Both the position numbers and the translations under genes were made by a program. The notes below the pieces were generated by a model that saw only the letters and a program-made list of their open reading frames with translations, was not told the DNA's origin and ran no database searches. From Promethearchaeota archaeon (GTDB lineage: Archaea > Asgardarchaeota > Lokiarchaeia > Sigyniarchaeales > SOKP01), in NCBI GenBank assembly GCA_016930515.1, contig JAFGGO010000093.1:1-38563 (forward strand): DNA of 38,563 nt. Direction: 5' to 3'. Position 1 is the stretch's first letter, and each line of letters starts with the position of its first letter. Positions 27,447 to 37,599 of this stretch are shown here, in pieces.

Positions 27447-28460
27447 ATGAAAACTAATAAATATAAGAAGATTCCATCTTCAGAAGCAAAAAGTCTAATT
27501 ATTGAGGAAACAACTTTAAAAGGGTTCGAAGTCGACGAGTTTCTCGACCTGCGAAAAACTAATATAAAACGACTTCCCGAAGATTTAAAAGCCCGGCGCA
27601 TAGACGCAAGCGATTGCGAAAATTTAAAAACCCTCCCTCAAGGTCTTGAGTGTTATGAATTGATATTGCACAATTGTCCACTTGAAGAAATTCATTCAGA
27701 CATTACGGTAAAATTCAAATTAGACCTTTCCAATTGTTCTCAATTAAAATCTCTACCGGAAAACCTTTCGGTCGGATCTTTAGTACTTCGGAATTGCGGT
27801 TCACTAAAAAAACTTCCCGAAGGATTGACTGTTAATTTCCTAGATGTTTCGAATTGTACATTCTCGGAATGGCCTGAGAACATTAATGTTGAATTTGGGA
27901 ATTTCATTGCACGAGATTGCGAAAACATTACTACATTACCTGCTTCTCTAAATAACATCACGCAATTAGATGTTTCTAACTGTGTCATGCTTTCGAGCAT
28001 TCCTGAAGGTGTTAAAGCCTCAGCTTGGATTGATCTTGCAAGAACACGAATCACCGGTCTCCCTAATTCGTTAAAGAAAGCAAATTTAAGATGGAGGGGT
28101 GTGCCCATTACTCATAGGATTGCCTTCCAACCCGAAACCATTACTTCTGAAGAAATCTTGAAAGAAGAGAATGTGGAGTTGAGGCGGGTCATGATAGAAA
28201 AGATGGGTTATCATACTTTTATCAAGGAAGCAAATGCCAAATTAATCCATGAAGATACGGATCCTGGAGGCCCCCGAATGCTTTACAAAATTGATCTTAA
28301 AGAGGACGAGCCACTCGTATGCTTGTCAGTGAATTGTCCTTCAACTGGAAGGAATTACATCATACGAGTACCACCAGATATGAAATCGTGCCACCAAGCT
28401 GCAGCTTGGATTGCTGGATACGACGATCCAAAAAAATACAAACCAAAAATCGAGACTTGA
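27447..28460 (+). CDS. LRR-like repeat protein with C-terminal DUF6745-like domain
   Basis: Repeats L.L.NC..L..LPE.L.V; C-terminal WRGV.I, I.KEENVELRRVMIE.MG, V.V.CPSTGR.Y..RVPP....C.QAAAW. Confidence 0.8.
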   Translation: MKTNKYKKIPSSEAKSLIIEETTLKGFEVDEFLDLRKTNIKRLPEDLKARRIDASDCENLKTLPQGLECYELILHNCPLEEIHSDITVKFKLDLSNCSQLKSLPENLSVGSLVLRNCGSLKKLPEGLTVNFLDVSNCTFSEWPENINVEFGNFIARDCENITTLPASLNNITQLDVSNCVMLSSIPEGVKASAWIDLARTRITGLPNSLKKANLRWRGVPITHRIAFQPETITSEEILKEENVELRRVMIEKMGYHTFIKEANAKLIHEDTDPGGPRMLYKIDLKEDEPLVCLSVNCPSTGRNYIIRVPPDMKSCHQAAAWIAGYDDPKKYKPKIET

Positions 28461-29928
28461 GTTGAATATAAAAGTGGTAAAAAAAGCTAATAATATCGAT
28501 AATAATAATCTAGATTCATCTCCTATTAAAAAGTTGGAAGATGGAGAATCAATAGAAGTTAAGAGCAAAAATAGCAATAATGTTTATAAAATTCGATATA
28601 CAGGGGGTGTCTACTCGTGCACGTGTCCTGCTTGGCAGTTTCAGAACAAACCCATTGAAACGAGGACTTGCAAGCACATAAAGGAATTCAGGGGAGAGGC
28701 TGCAGAAAAGAAAAGGACGGGATTTTCAAATTCAAAAACTTCGAAATCATCAAAAGCTTCGAAATCTTCTAAAAAATCAACTAAATCAAGTTCTCCAGGG
28801 GATAAATCACAATCAGAGATATCTGTAATGCTTGCACACAATTACCGGGATTACAATATTGATCCGACCGGCTGGTTAATGAGCGAAAAATTAGATGGTG
28901 TAAGAGGATTATGGGACGGAAACGAGTTTTACTCAAGACAAGGAAAAATATTTTATGTGCCTGATTGGTTTAAAGAAGGTTTACCATCCTTTGGCCTTGA
29001 TGGTGAATTTTTCATTGGTAGAAAGCGCTTCGAGGATACATCATCCATTGTTCGACGACAGGATAAATCAGAACATTGGAAGCAGGTTAAATACCTCGTC
29101 TTTGATTCTCCCGACTTGGATGGTGTATTTACCGAGCGCTTCGAGACCGTTAAAAATTGGTTTGCAAGCAATAATTGCGAACAAGTAAATATTGTAGAAC
29201 AAATTCCTTGTAAGGGTGATAAGCACCTTTGGGAAGAGTTTGAGAAAATCATATCTATTGGTGGAGAAGGCTTGATGGTAAGGAAACCGGATGACGAGTA
29301 TTTCGACGGTCGGACGAACAATATACTAAAGCTCAAATCCGTATATGACGCAGAAGCGTGCGTGAAAGGGTATACTAATGGGACGGGTAAATACAAGGGA
29401 TTGATTGGGTCATTAATCGTTGAAACACCAGAAGGAAAGGAGTTCAAGCTTGGATCAGGCCTTTCGGATCAAGATAGAGAAAATCCTCCAAAGATCGGAT
29501 CTGTTGTAACATATAAATACACCGAACTCACAAAATACGGCATACCACGGCATCCTCGATATTTCCGGGTGAGAAATGATGTGGAATGGGAAGATATAAT
29601 CAATTTAAAAACTCCTGAACGCCCCATTTCGAATATTACAATTAATAACAAAAAAACCCTTTCTAACAAAAAAAAATGTGATACCTCAAAGGAAAAAAAG
29701 AATTTTGATCTTCCTATAAAAAACACCTATTATTACGAGTTAGTAGACGAGAACTCGTCAAAATTTTGGGAGATAACAATCGATAAATCCTCCTTTACGA
29801 CTCGATACGGTAAACTAGGTTCCAATGGTACATCAACAAAAAAACAATGGTCATCTCCAGAGGAAGCGGAGATCAAGGCTAAGAAACTTCGAGAAACAAA
29901 GGAACAAAAAGGTTATCTTCTAAAGTAA
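28411..29928 (+). CDS. ATP-dependent DNA ligase (minimal bacterial/phage type) with N-terminal SWIM Zn finger and C-terminal WGR domain; true start probably TTG 28462 or GTG 28474
   Basis: SWIM YSCTCPAW...CKHI; ligase motif I SEKLDGVR, LDGEF, FD.P, GEGLM, LKLK; OB domain GKYKGLIG...GSGLSD..R...PRHPRY; WGR-like SSKFWEITI...TRYGKLG.NG...KGY. Confidence 0.92.
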   Translation: MLDTTIQKNTNQKSRLELNIKVVKKANNIDNNNLDSSPIKKLEDGESIEVKSKNSNNVYKIRYTGGVYSCTCPAWQFQNKPIETRTCKHIKEFRGEAAEKKRTGFSNSKTSKSSKASKSSKKSTKSSSPGDKSQSEISVMLAHNYRDYNIDPTGWLMSEKLDGVRGLWDGNEFYSRQGKIFYVPDWFKEGLPSFGLDGEFFIGRKRFEDTSSIVRRQDKSEHWKQVKYLVFDSPDLDGVFTERFETVKNWFASNNCEQVNIVEQIPCKGDKHLWEEFEKIISIGGEGLMVRKPDDEYFDGRTNNILKLKSVYDAEACVKGYTNGTGKYKGLIGSLIVETPEGKEFKLGSGLSDQDRENPPKIGSVVTYKYTELTKYGIPRHPRYFRVRNDVEWEDIINLKTPERPISNITINNKKTLSNKKKCDTSKEKKNFDLPIKNTYYYELVDENSSKFWEITIDKSSFTTRYGKLGSNGTSTKKQWSSPEEAEIKAKKLRETKEQKGYLLK

Positions 29929-30013
29929 GTTCTTTTTTTTCTTATATTATTAAATTAACAACAATAGGGATATTCAAACTCTTTTTTTTAAAAATAAAAA
30001 GAAACAATATTTT

Positions 30014-30643
30014 TTACTTTCTGCAGAATTCTATAAAATTCTCGTAAATTTTAATACCGTGCTTACTCGATTTTTCTGGGTGAAATTGAGTTGCGATTAT
30101 ATTTTTATGCCCTACGATTGAGCTATATTCGACTTCTCCATATTGTGTAATACCGATGGAAATCCTCGTATCTTTAGGAACCACGTGATAGCTATGGACG
30201 AAATAAAAATAACTGTCGTCTGGGATGTTTTGAACTAAAAAATGGTCTTTATCTACTAACCGTACGCTATTCCAACCGATCTGTGGTATTTTATCTACCT
30301 TACTCTTTTCGAAAAGCACGACCTCTCCGTTGAAAACTCCAAGTCCTTCGTGAAGTCCCATCTCATGACTGATCGAAAATAATAATTGTTGGCCAAGACA
30401 AATTCCAAGTAATGGTCTTCTTTCTTGTACAAGCTCGTTAATAACCGGAACGAGTCCTTTTTCGTTTAGGTGTTTCATGGCGTCTCCAAACGCACCTACT
30501 CCAGGTAAAATCACGCCATCTGCTTCTAAAATTTGTATAGGTTCATCTGTAATGATCGATTCTACGCCCACGTGTTTCAAGCACTTGTAGATGCTTTTTA
30601 AATTGCCCATTTCGTAATCAATAATTGCAATGGTAAAAGTCAC
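30014..30643 (-). CDS. hisH: Imidazole glycerol phosphate synthase glutaminase subunit
   Basis: IIDYEMGNLKS, ILPGVGAF, LGICLGQQLL, YFVHSY, QFHPEKS. Confidence 0.96.
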   Translation of the reverse strand: MTFTIAIIDYEMGNLKSIYKCLKHVGVESIITDEPIQILEADGVILPGVGAFGDAMKHLNEKGLVPVINELVQERRPLLGICLGQQLLFSISHEMGLHEGLGVFNGEVVLFEKSKVDKIPQIGWNSVRLVDKDHFLVQNIPDDSYFYFVHSYHVVPKDTRISIGITQYGEVEYSSIVGHKNIIATQFHPEKSSKHGIKIYENFIEFCRK

Positions 30644-30646
30644 TTT

Positions 30647-31462
30647 TTACAACCTCGTTGGAACGCCATTCTTTGCGCATTCATTCTTTACGAATTTGAT
30701 CGGATACTCGTTAAAGTGAAATATGGAGGCGGCCAGGGCAGCGTCGGCTTTTCCTATCTTGAAAGCGTCTATGATGTGTTGTGGATTACCTGCCCCTCCC
30801 GAAGCAATGATTGGCACGCCTAAACGCTCGCTAAACTCGCGCGTGAGCTCTAGATCGTATCCTTGTTTCACACCGTCCATATCCATCGATGTTAAGAGAA
30901 TCTCACCGCTTCCAAGCTCGGTTGCTTTCGTTCCCCATTGAATGGCGTCCATCCCCGTAGGTGTTCTTCCTCCGTGGATGTAAACTTGCCACCAACAATA
31001 ACGATTCCCAATCTTTATTTTCGTCTTGTTTTGAGCTTCTTCAGGAGAATTAACAAAAACTCTTTTTGCATCAATAGCAGTGACAATACATTGGGAACCA
31101 AAAATCTTTGCCCCTTCAGAAATTAAATCGGGATTTTTAACCGCTGCCGTGTTAAGCGAAATTTTATCGGCACCAGCTCGTAATATTTCCTTTATGTCTT
31201 CTACCGTGCGCAATCCTCCTCCAACGGTAAATGGTATGAACACTTCATCACCCGTTCTTTCTACCAAATCTATGAGTATTTTTCTCTTACTAGACGAGGC
31301 CGTGATGTCGAGAAAAACGAGTTCATCGGCGCCTTGTTCGTCGTAGAACGCCCCTAATTCGACGGCATCTCCAGCGTCTCTCAAGTTGAGAAATTTCGTA
31401 CCTTTAACCACGCGCCCTTCTGTAACATCAAGACAGGGAATTATTCGCTTTGTAAGAACCAT
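30647..31462 (-). CDS. hisF: Imidazole glycerol phosphate synthase cyclase subunit
   Basis: [60 protein letters not shown]. Confidence 0.97.
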   Translation of the reverse strand: MVLTKRIIPCLDVTEGRVVKGTKFLNLRDAGDAVELGAFYDEQGADELVFLDITASSSKRKILIDLVERTGDEVFIPFTVGGGLRTVEDIKEILRAGADKISLNTAAVKNPDLISEGAKIFGSQCIVTAIDAKRVFVNSPEEAQNKTKIKIGNRYCWWQVYIHGGRTPTGMDAIQWGTKATELGSGEILLTSMDMDGVKQGYDLELTREFSERLGVPIIASGGAGNPQHIIDAFKIGKADAALAASIFHFNEYPIKFVKNECAKNGVPTRL

Positions 31463-31597
31463 TATATTGTTATGAGAAAAAAGTATTAGAATGATTAAAA
31501 ATAAGAAATGAAATTATTTGATTTTTAGCTTTTCAATCCATAATTATTCCCTTATTAATTTAGAATTTATAGAAACAAAATGATTTTGGATACGAAT

Positions 31598-33994
31598 TTA
31601 ATTTGAGGAAAGATACTTGAATAGTGCACCTACGAGCTGGCCCGTGCTGATCCCAGCGTCCCCTGGTGGGACTAGTTGGTGTTCTATAAACACTAGATTC
31701 TCTTTCAATACGTGGTTTTTTACTGACATGGAAATGGAATTATTATAAGCAACCCCTCCCGTTAAGCCTATTTTCTTGACACTCCTTTTGTTAGCCTCAT
31801 TTACAGCAATATTAGCAAATTCTCTTCCGAGTTCAATTTGTGCTTTTGCGGCAATATCTTTCTTATTATTGCCTTCTTGAACGAGCCGTAAAACGTCTAA
31901 TAAAAGCCTTGATGTGTCTATAATAATCATTCCGTCTTTTTCGAAAGACCTAACATTTAACTTTACGCTTTCTGGATTTCCTCTTGATGCCAGTCCTTCA
32001 AGACGCATTGCAGGTTCCCCTCTATATGTTTTAATCTTACAAGCACCCAAAACATAGGAAATGGCGTCAAGAACGCGACCCGTAGAGCTTGTTAAGGGAA
32101 TTAATCCCGTAGGAAAACGCCCTTCTGCTTTATTAAATTGGGTAATCAAGGTCTTCAATTCTGTCTCGCCATATTCAAGATCATTTTCTAAGTTCAACCT
32201 TCTAAGAACCTCCTCTCCTTCTTTATTTCCTAATTCGTACAATAACATCGACGCCACCATTCGAGCAGGATATTTAGTGCAACGGTCCGCTCCTATCATT
32301 GGTTGATACTTTAAATGACCTACGCGATCGTATCCATCGTAAGAACAAGCTAAGATCTCGCCACCCCATATATTTCCGTCCAATCCATATCCCACACCGT
32401 CCGTAGAAATCACGACGACGGACTCTTCGGGTTGTATTCCATTTTCGGCCATCAAGCCCAATGCGTGAGCGAAATGATGTTGTATTGGATAAATAGGGAT
32501 CTTAAATTGGCTAGCAAGTTCTTTAGCGTATTTTGATGTAATGAACTCGGGATGAGTGTCGCAAGCGATAAATTCGACTTCAGAGTCCTTGATTTGTAAC
32601 AACGACTTTATGTGGAAAACAGCGTCTTTTAAAAAGTTGAAAGTCTCGAGGTGAGTTACATTTCCTATGTGCTGCGTGGGAAAAATGCGGTTTCCCCTGA
32701 GAATGGCTCCCGTCGTTGCGAGCTCAGGACCCGTTGCGATGGCTGCGGGAAGATCCACTTTAAATGGTAATGGAAGGTATTCTGGAACATACCCCCTAGC
32801 TCTTCGAATTATTTTACTTACATTACCGTGAACTCGAATAACGCTATCATCAGCTCTTTGGTAAATAGGTCTATCATGGAGTAAGAAGAAATCCGCCAGC
32901 GAGCCCAGTTGTTCGAAAATCTTCTCGTTGTTTAAGCTCATTGGGACATTAGAAGGATTACCACTCGTGTAAATTAACGGTTTTTCTCCAATGTAATCAA
33001 AAAGAAGATGGTGAATTCCCGAATATGGAAGCACAAATCCCACGTTCGTCAAACCAGGAGCTACTTGTTTGCTTAAAAAATCGTTATCTTGACCTTCTTT
33101 TCGCTCTAATAGGGTAATTGGCCTTCGGAACGATTCGAGTAATGTTTTTTCTGTTTGAGTTAAATTGAAAAAATCTTCGATAATGCTTAAATTCGGAACC
33201 ATGACAGCAAAAGGCTTGTTTTTCCTCTTTCCCTTTGCCTTTCTTAATCGCAAAATAGTTTCATCGTTATCTGCCCGACACGCCAAATGCACGCCCCCAA
33301 TTCCCTTCACGGCACCAATATCCCCCCTCTCAACCCTTTTTGCCACGATGTTGAGAATATCACGAAACGATTTAGTGGGAACGATATTGTAATTTTCATC
33401 GCACAGAAAATATTGAGGACCGCAAATTTTGCACGCAAATGTTTGGGCATGAAAACGTCTATTTTTTACGTTTTCGTATTCTTGAACGCAAGAAGGAAGT
33501 CCTTCGACGCACAACGGGAACTGAGACATGGTTGTTCGCTCCCTGTCGTAAGGCAAGGACGTTACGGTGGTAAATCTCGGCCCGCAGTGAGCACAAGCAA
33601 TAAATGGATAATTCCAATATTTTTTTATTTTCGAATTTCTCATGTCTTCTAGACATTCATCGCAAGTGGCAATGTCTGGCGGAAGCGTGAGCCCTTTCCC
33701 TCGACCTTGCTCACTTTTGCGTATTTCAAGACCTTGAAATACCGTATCATCGTTGGCATTATTCACGAGGACTGATTCTATGTAGGAAATAGGGGGTTTT
33801 TTGAGCTCTAAATCTTTTGAAAATTGATTTAACGCCTCTGTTTCCCCTTGAAGCACCAATCGTACTCCAGCGTTTCCTTGGTTCAATATATATCCTTTCA
33901 ATCCTAAACTTGAGGCAACATCAAACAAGAACGGTCTAAATCCAACTCCTTGAACGATACCCGTGATGGTAAATTCTTGCGTAATTCTCGACAT
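31598..33994 (-). CDS. hypF: Hydrogenase maturation carbamoyltransferase
   Basis: Acylphosphatase domain GIVQGVGFRPF; Zn fingers (CDEC, CAHCGPRF, RRFHAQ..AC..CGP); KGIGG.HL; QHHFAH; DGVGYG.DG.IWGGE; PPGDAGIS.GQ. Confidence 0.97.
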   Translation of the reverse strand: MSRITQEFTITGIVQGVGFRPFLFDVASSLGLKGYILNQGNAGVRLVLQGETEALNQFSKDLELKKPPISYIESVLVNNANDDTVFQGLEIRKSEQGRGKGLTLPPDIATCDECLEDMRNSKIKKYWNYPFIACAHCGPRFTTVTSLPYDRERTTMSQFPLCVEGLPSCVQEYENVKNRRFHAQTFACKICGPQYFLCDENYNIVPTKSFRDILNIVAKRVERGDIGAVKGIGGVHLACRADNDETILRLRKAKGKRKNKPFAVMVPNLSIIEDFFNLTQTEKTLLESFRRPITLLERKEGQDNDFLSKQVAPGLTNVGFVLPYSGIHHLLFDYIGEKPLIYTSGNPSNVPMSLNNEKIFEQLGSLADFFLLHDRPIYQRADDSVIRVHGNVSKIIRRARGYVPEYLPLPFKVDLPAAIATGPELATTGAILRGNRIFPTQHIGNVTHLETFNFLKDAVFHIKSLLQIKDSEVEFIACDTHPEFITSKYAKELASQFKIPIYPIQHHFAHALGLMAENGIQPEESVVVISTDGVGYGLDGNIWGGEILACSYDGYDRVGHLKYQPMIGADRCTKYPARMVASMLLYELGNKEGEEVLRRLNLENDLEYGETELKTLITQFNKAEGRFPTGLIPLTSSTGRVLDAISYVLGACKIKTYRGEPAMRLEGLASRGNPESVKLNVRSFEKDGMIIIDTSRLLLDVLRLVQEGNNKKDIAAKAQIELGREFANIAVNEANKRSVKKIGLTGGVAYNNSISMSVKNHVLKENLVFIEHQLVPPGDAGISTGQLVGALFKYLSSN

Positions 33995-34049
33995 TCAAAT
34001 TATTTAAATTCGGAATGGAAAAAAAATCAACTGGTTTTATTTTTTAACA

Positions 34050-36158
34050 TTAAAGATGAATTTTAAGCTTGCAAGACCAACAGGGTTCTCCTCTCTTTTT
34101 AAGCACTCGAGCACAATTCATACAATAGAATGCCTCACACTTGGGACAAATATAACTCGGACCAATTATCGGGCCCTTATGGACAACGCACATGATCTTC
34201 GGTTTTTCAATTCCCATTTGAGATTCAGTTTCTTCAATTTCCTTGAGTCTTGTTTGTGTGTTCTCTGAATGTTTGAATTGCAATTCATTCGTCGTTTCTG
34301 AATTCTTTCTAACTTTATGAGCACGGTCGTTCGGATTGGGCAAGTTTCGCAGCATCAATGTGGCACTGGAATTAGTTGATTCATTAGTAAGTGGTAGCTT
34401 AGATAGAGAACCATTTCTCCTCTTGACAATTATAACTCCTATTATAAATACTGAGATCCCTATTGTGATAAGTATAACGGTCATGACGACTATAAAAAAG
34501 AAATTTAATTGACTATCGCTTGCAGAAATGTCTCTAACCTTCAGGCTTATCGTTTTAATTGCCGAATCTCCGTTTCTGTCAGTCACGGTAAGTTTTACTT
34601 CGTAATTGCCTACCATATTAAATTTATGTTCCGAAAATCTCCCTGAAGATGTCGTATTGTCACCAAAATCCCATTCAAAATTTAGTGGATCGTTACCTTG
34701 CGTTCCGTTATATGTAAATAATACTGGTTTTCCAACTTTTATATTACTTTCATTCAAGAAAAAGTCAGCAACGGGTTTCGTATCGATCTCAACGATAATG
34801 GATATGCTTTCAAAACTTGAGTTGTCATTTATATCCATTACTTTTAAAGTAACAGAATAATTTCCACTTACAGTATATTTATGAACACAATCTTGTATGG
34901 AGTTATTACATCCATCTCCAAAGTCCCACAGAAAAGATAAATGTCCATTTCCCCCGGAAGCTTCGCAATTAAACCGCACGAATTGTCTTTCCATTATGTT
35001 AGTCGTATTTACGATTAAATCGACACTTGGAATCGAATCGATTATGGGATGATTATCCAGACTTGTAGCGGTTCCAGTTATGTAATATGGAACGTTACCC
35101 GTTCCATTTCCCGCATCGTTTCCAGCGTAATCGTGCCAAAAATTTCCAATGGTTTTATTATCCCAAGCATTAAAAACTCCATCATCAATAGCGTTAAGAC
35201 CATTACTAACAAGCGAATTGAGATATATTAAATTTCTTTCACTAGAAGTTATATTAATTCCACATATTTTATTATTTATAATACTATTAAGCAAGATAGT
35301 GTTATTATCACCCTGCGTAAAAATGCATATTCCGTACCTTAAATTTTCATATATTTGATTGTTAATGATCGTGCAATTCCATGTTATTAATCCCACACTT
35401 ATACCATCTAAATTTTCTGATATGATGTTATTTTCAATTCGATTAAAATTCGAATTCAACACGGCTGCAATACCGATATTTCCGTTTCCCCAGGCGATAT
35501 TATCAGTCACGTTATTTGAATTAGAGCCCCATATTAAACATATTCCGTAATATATATTATGGTATGCTTCATTTTTTAAAACCGAATTAGAGGAGCTCCA
35601 AAATGATAGACTAATGCCAACACTATTATTGTGCATAACATTATCGCAAATGATGTTATTATTACAATAATAATTGAGTGAAATCCCGTTATATTCATTA
35701 TATGAACAATTATTTTCAAAAATCATCCCGTTCGAAACATTAAAAAGTTTAAGTCCTGCGTCGAAATACGGATAAACACCCAAACTCGAGTTGTAGAGCG
35801 TGCAATTTCTCACGACGAAATATTCATTAGAATCCACGATCTCGATGCAACTACTTGCGTTATTTCCATTAATCTTCAGGTTTTCGATGATATACGGGTT
35901 GTTTTCCGATCCATTACCGCTACACCACGGCTGAATCGCCGCCCACGACCAATTGTGAGCTCCAACTCCCTTCGCAGATCCATCAATGTATATGGTAGCC
36001 GCAGAATTGTTAAAATAAGAAATTTTAGTAATTACATCAATGGATATTTCATCAGAACTCTGAATAAACGATTTAAAAGTTAAAGGAATTAACATGAAAG
36101 GTATGGCCAATAAAAAACTTAATAAGACAATTTTTAACCTTATTTTATCATACTTCAT
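34050..36158 (-). CDS. Cell-surface protein: beta-helix, two PKD domains, TM helix, cytoplasmic RING-like Zn finger
   Basis: Paralog of 9870-12059: shared GAHNW.WAA.QPWCSG.G.E..PY.IENLKI, GNFWHDY, two WDFGD PKD motifs, TM + KRR, CVVHKGPIIGPSYICPKCEAFYCMNC...CWSC. Confidence 0.88.
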   Translation of the reverse strand: MKYDKIRLKIVLLSFLLAIPFMLIPLTFKSFIQSSDEISIDVITKISYFNNSAATIYIDGSAKGVGAHNWSWAAIQPWCSGNGSENNPYIIENLKINGNNASSCIEIVDSNEYFVVRNCTLYNSSLGVYPYFDAGLKLFNVSNGMIFENNCSYNEYNGISLNYYCNNNIICDNVMHNNSVGISLSFWSSSNSVLKNEAYHNIYYGICLIWGSNSNNVTDNIAWGNGNIGIAAVLNSNFNRIENNIISENLDGISVGLITWNCTIINNQIYENLRYGICIFTQGDNNTILLNSIINNKICGINITSSERNLIYLNSLVSNGLNAIDDGVFNAWDNKTIGNFWHDYAGNDAGNGTGNVPYYITGTATSLDNHPIIDSIPSVDLIVNTTNIMERQFVRFNCEASGGNGHLSFLWDFGDGCNNSIQDCVHKYTVSGNYSVTLKVMDINDNSSFESISIIVEIDTKPVADFFLNESNIKVGKPVLFTYNGTQGNDPLNFEWDFGDNTTSSGRFSEHKFNMVGNYEVKLTVTDRNGDSAIKTISLKVRDISASDSQLNFFFIVVMTVILITIGISVFIIGVIIVKRRNGSLSKLPLTNESTNSSATLMLRNLPNPNDRAHKVRKNSETTNELQFKHSENTQTRLKEIEETESQMGIEKPKIMCVVHKGPIIGPSYICPKCEAFYCMNCARVLKKRGEPCWSCKLKIHL

Positions 36159-36424
36159 TTTCCTAACTACCCTGTTATTAGATCACATCAAGAACCCTGG
36201 ATCTTTCTCTTGATTAATTCCTCGTATATTTAAATTTACATCAACAACGATAATTTTACAACATCTTTCCTTCTTTATAAATCCCTTTGGCATAAAAGTG
36301 AACTTTATTGATCACGATAGATAGAGACTACCTTATTGGGATCCTTAGATTTATTTGAGTTATGTTTAATTGGATGAAAGTATAATTCATCTTTTGATAA
36401 CATTAAAAGATGTGAGAAAACAAG

Positions 36425-36607
36425 ATGAGTAAAAAATACGAACATAAGATCGATACCCTCAAGGGACACGAACACAATCAGGGCGGATACTTGCATTATG
36501 GAAAGAAAAAAAAGAAATCGAAACCAAAAGCTAAAACGGTGAGTCAGAAAAAAAAAGAATTGAAAGAATATCAAAAACAGGTTGATAAAAGCAATAAAAT
36601 TTGGTAA
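36425..36607 (+). CDS. Small Lys-rich hypothetical protein
   Basis: ATG-initiated 60-aa ORF filling the gap before the hdrB 3' end, followed by a T-tract. No recognised family. Confidence 0.45.
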   Translation: MSKKYEHKIDTLKGHEHNQGGYLHYGKKKKKSKPKAKTVSQKKKELKEYQKQVDKSNKIW

Positions 36608-36714
36608 ATAATTTTTTTTTCGTTAATTTTTTGTTCTTAACTAATCTTTTAAAAATGGACATTATCTATTAAAATAAGAATACGAAAAAAAAAAAAAAAT
36701 AATTTAAATCGGGT

Positions 36715-37584
36715 TTATCCGATTTTTGCTAACACGTCGTTTGCGCGAACCCTGTGGAATTTCAAGCCGATCTCGTCGGCGCTTATACCCATGGCGAGGG
36801 CCAATAATTCCGTCAAATATAAAACCGGAATGTTGTATTCCGTTTCGTATTTCTTGGAAAGGTCTCGTTGTTGAGTGTCAAATTGTTGGAAGCAGGCCGG
36901 GCAGTTTGCGACGATCACATCTGCTCCCGATTTTTTAATGCTATCCATCTTTTTCTTCAACACTTCAGCACCGTGTTCGGGGTACGCGTTGTTCACTGCG
37001 GATCCGCAACATAAGGCCAGCTCGTCGTAATCAACTACTTGAGCCCCAGTTGCAGCTACGATTTCCTTCAAGTTTTTAGGTCTGATTGGGTCGTCGGATT
37101 CCATCCACTCTACGGGACGCATGTAGTGGCATCCAGGGTGACACGCAACTTTCAAACCGCCGAGTTGCTTGATAATCGCTCCCTTGACCTTGTCAAGGTT
37201 GGCCTTGATTACATCAACGAAGTGTTTGACATCGATTGATCCCTTGAATTCCTTGCCAATTTTCGCTAATTCGATGTTAACTTTGGCCTTCTTGTTGGAA
37301 TCGTGCTTTAATTGGGTGGAGACACCTCTCAAGGTGTTCGCACAACCGTTACACAACGAAATAATGTCTTTCCCTTCGGATTCTGCCAAGCAGAGATTTC
37401 TCGCACCAATTGCCAACCAGGCATCGTTATCGAAACTTTTCATGCCAGTTGGATCGGGACAGCAGGAAAAAGGAGCTTGCGAAGTTTGCACTCCGATTTT
37501 TTCAAAAACTTTTCTCGAAGCGGCTTCGATAAAGGGAATCCTGTTTCCAATAGTACAGCCTTCAAACATTTTATATTCTGTCAT
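36715..37584 (-). CDS. hdrB: Heterodisulfide reductase subunit B
   Basis: Two CCG domains: GCTI...SCCPDP...ARNL..AE...CNGC; HPGCHY.RP...CCGS...NCPACFQQFD. Confidence 0.93.
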   Translation of the reverse strand: MTEYKMFEGCTIGNRIPFIEAASRKVFEKIGVQTSQAPFSCCPDPTGMKSFDNDAWLAIGARNLCLAESEGKDIISLCNGCANTLRGVSTQLKHDSNKKAKVNIELAKIGKEFKGSIDVKHFVDVIKANLDKVKGAIIKQLGGLKVACHPGCHYMRPVEWMESDDPIRPKNLKEIVAATGAQVVDYDELALCCGSAVNNAYPEHGAEVLKKKMDSIKKSGADVIVANCPACFQQFDTQQRDLSKKYETEYNIPVLYLTELLALAMGISADEIGLKFHRVRANDVLAKIG

Positions 37585-37599
37585 TTTTTTAACCTCCGC

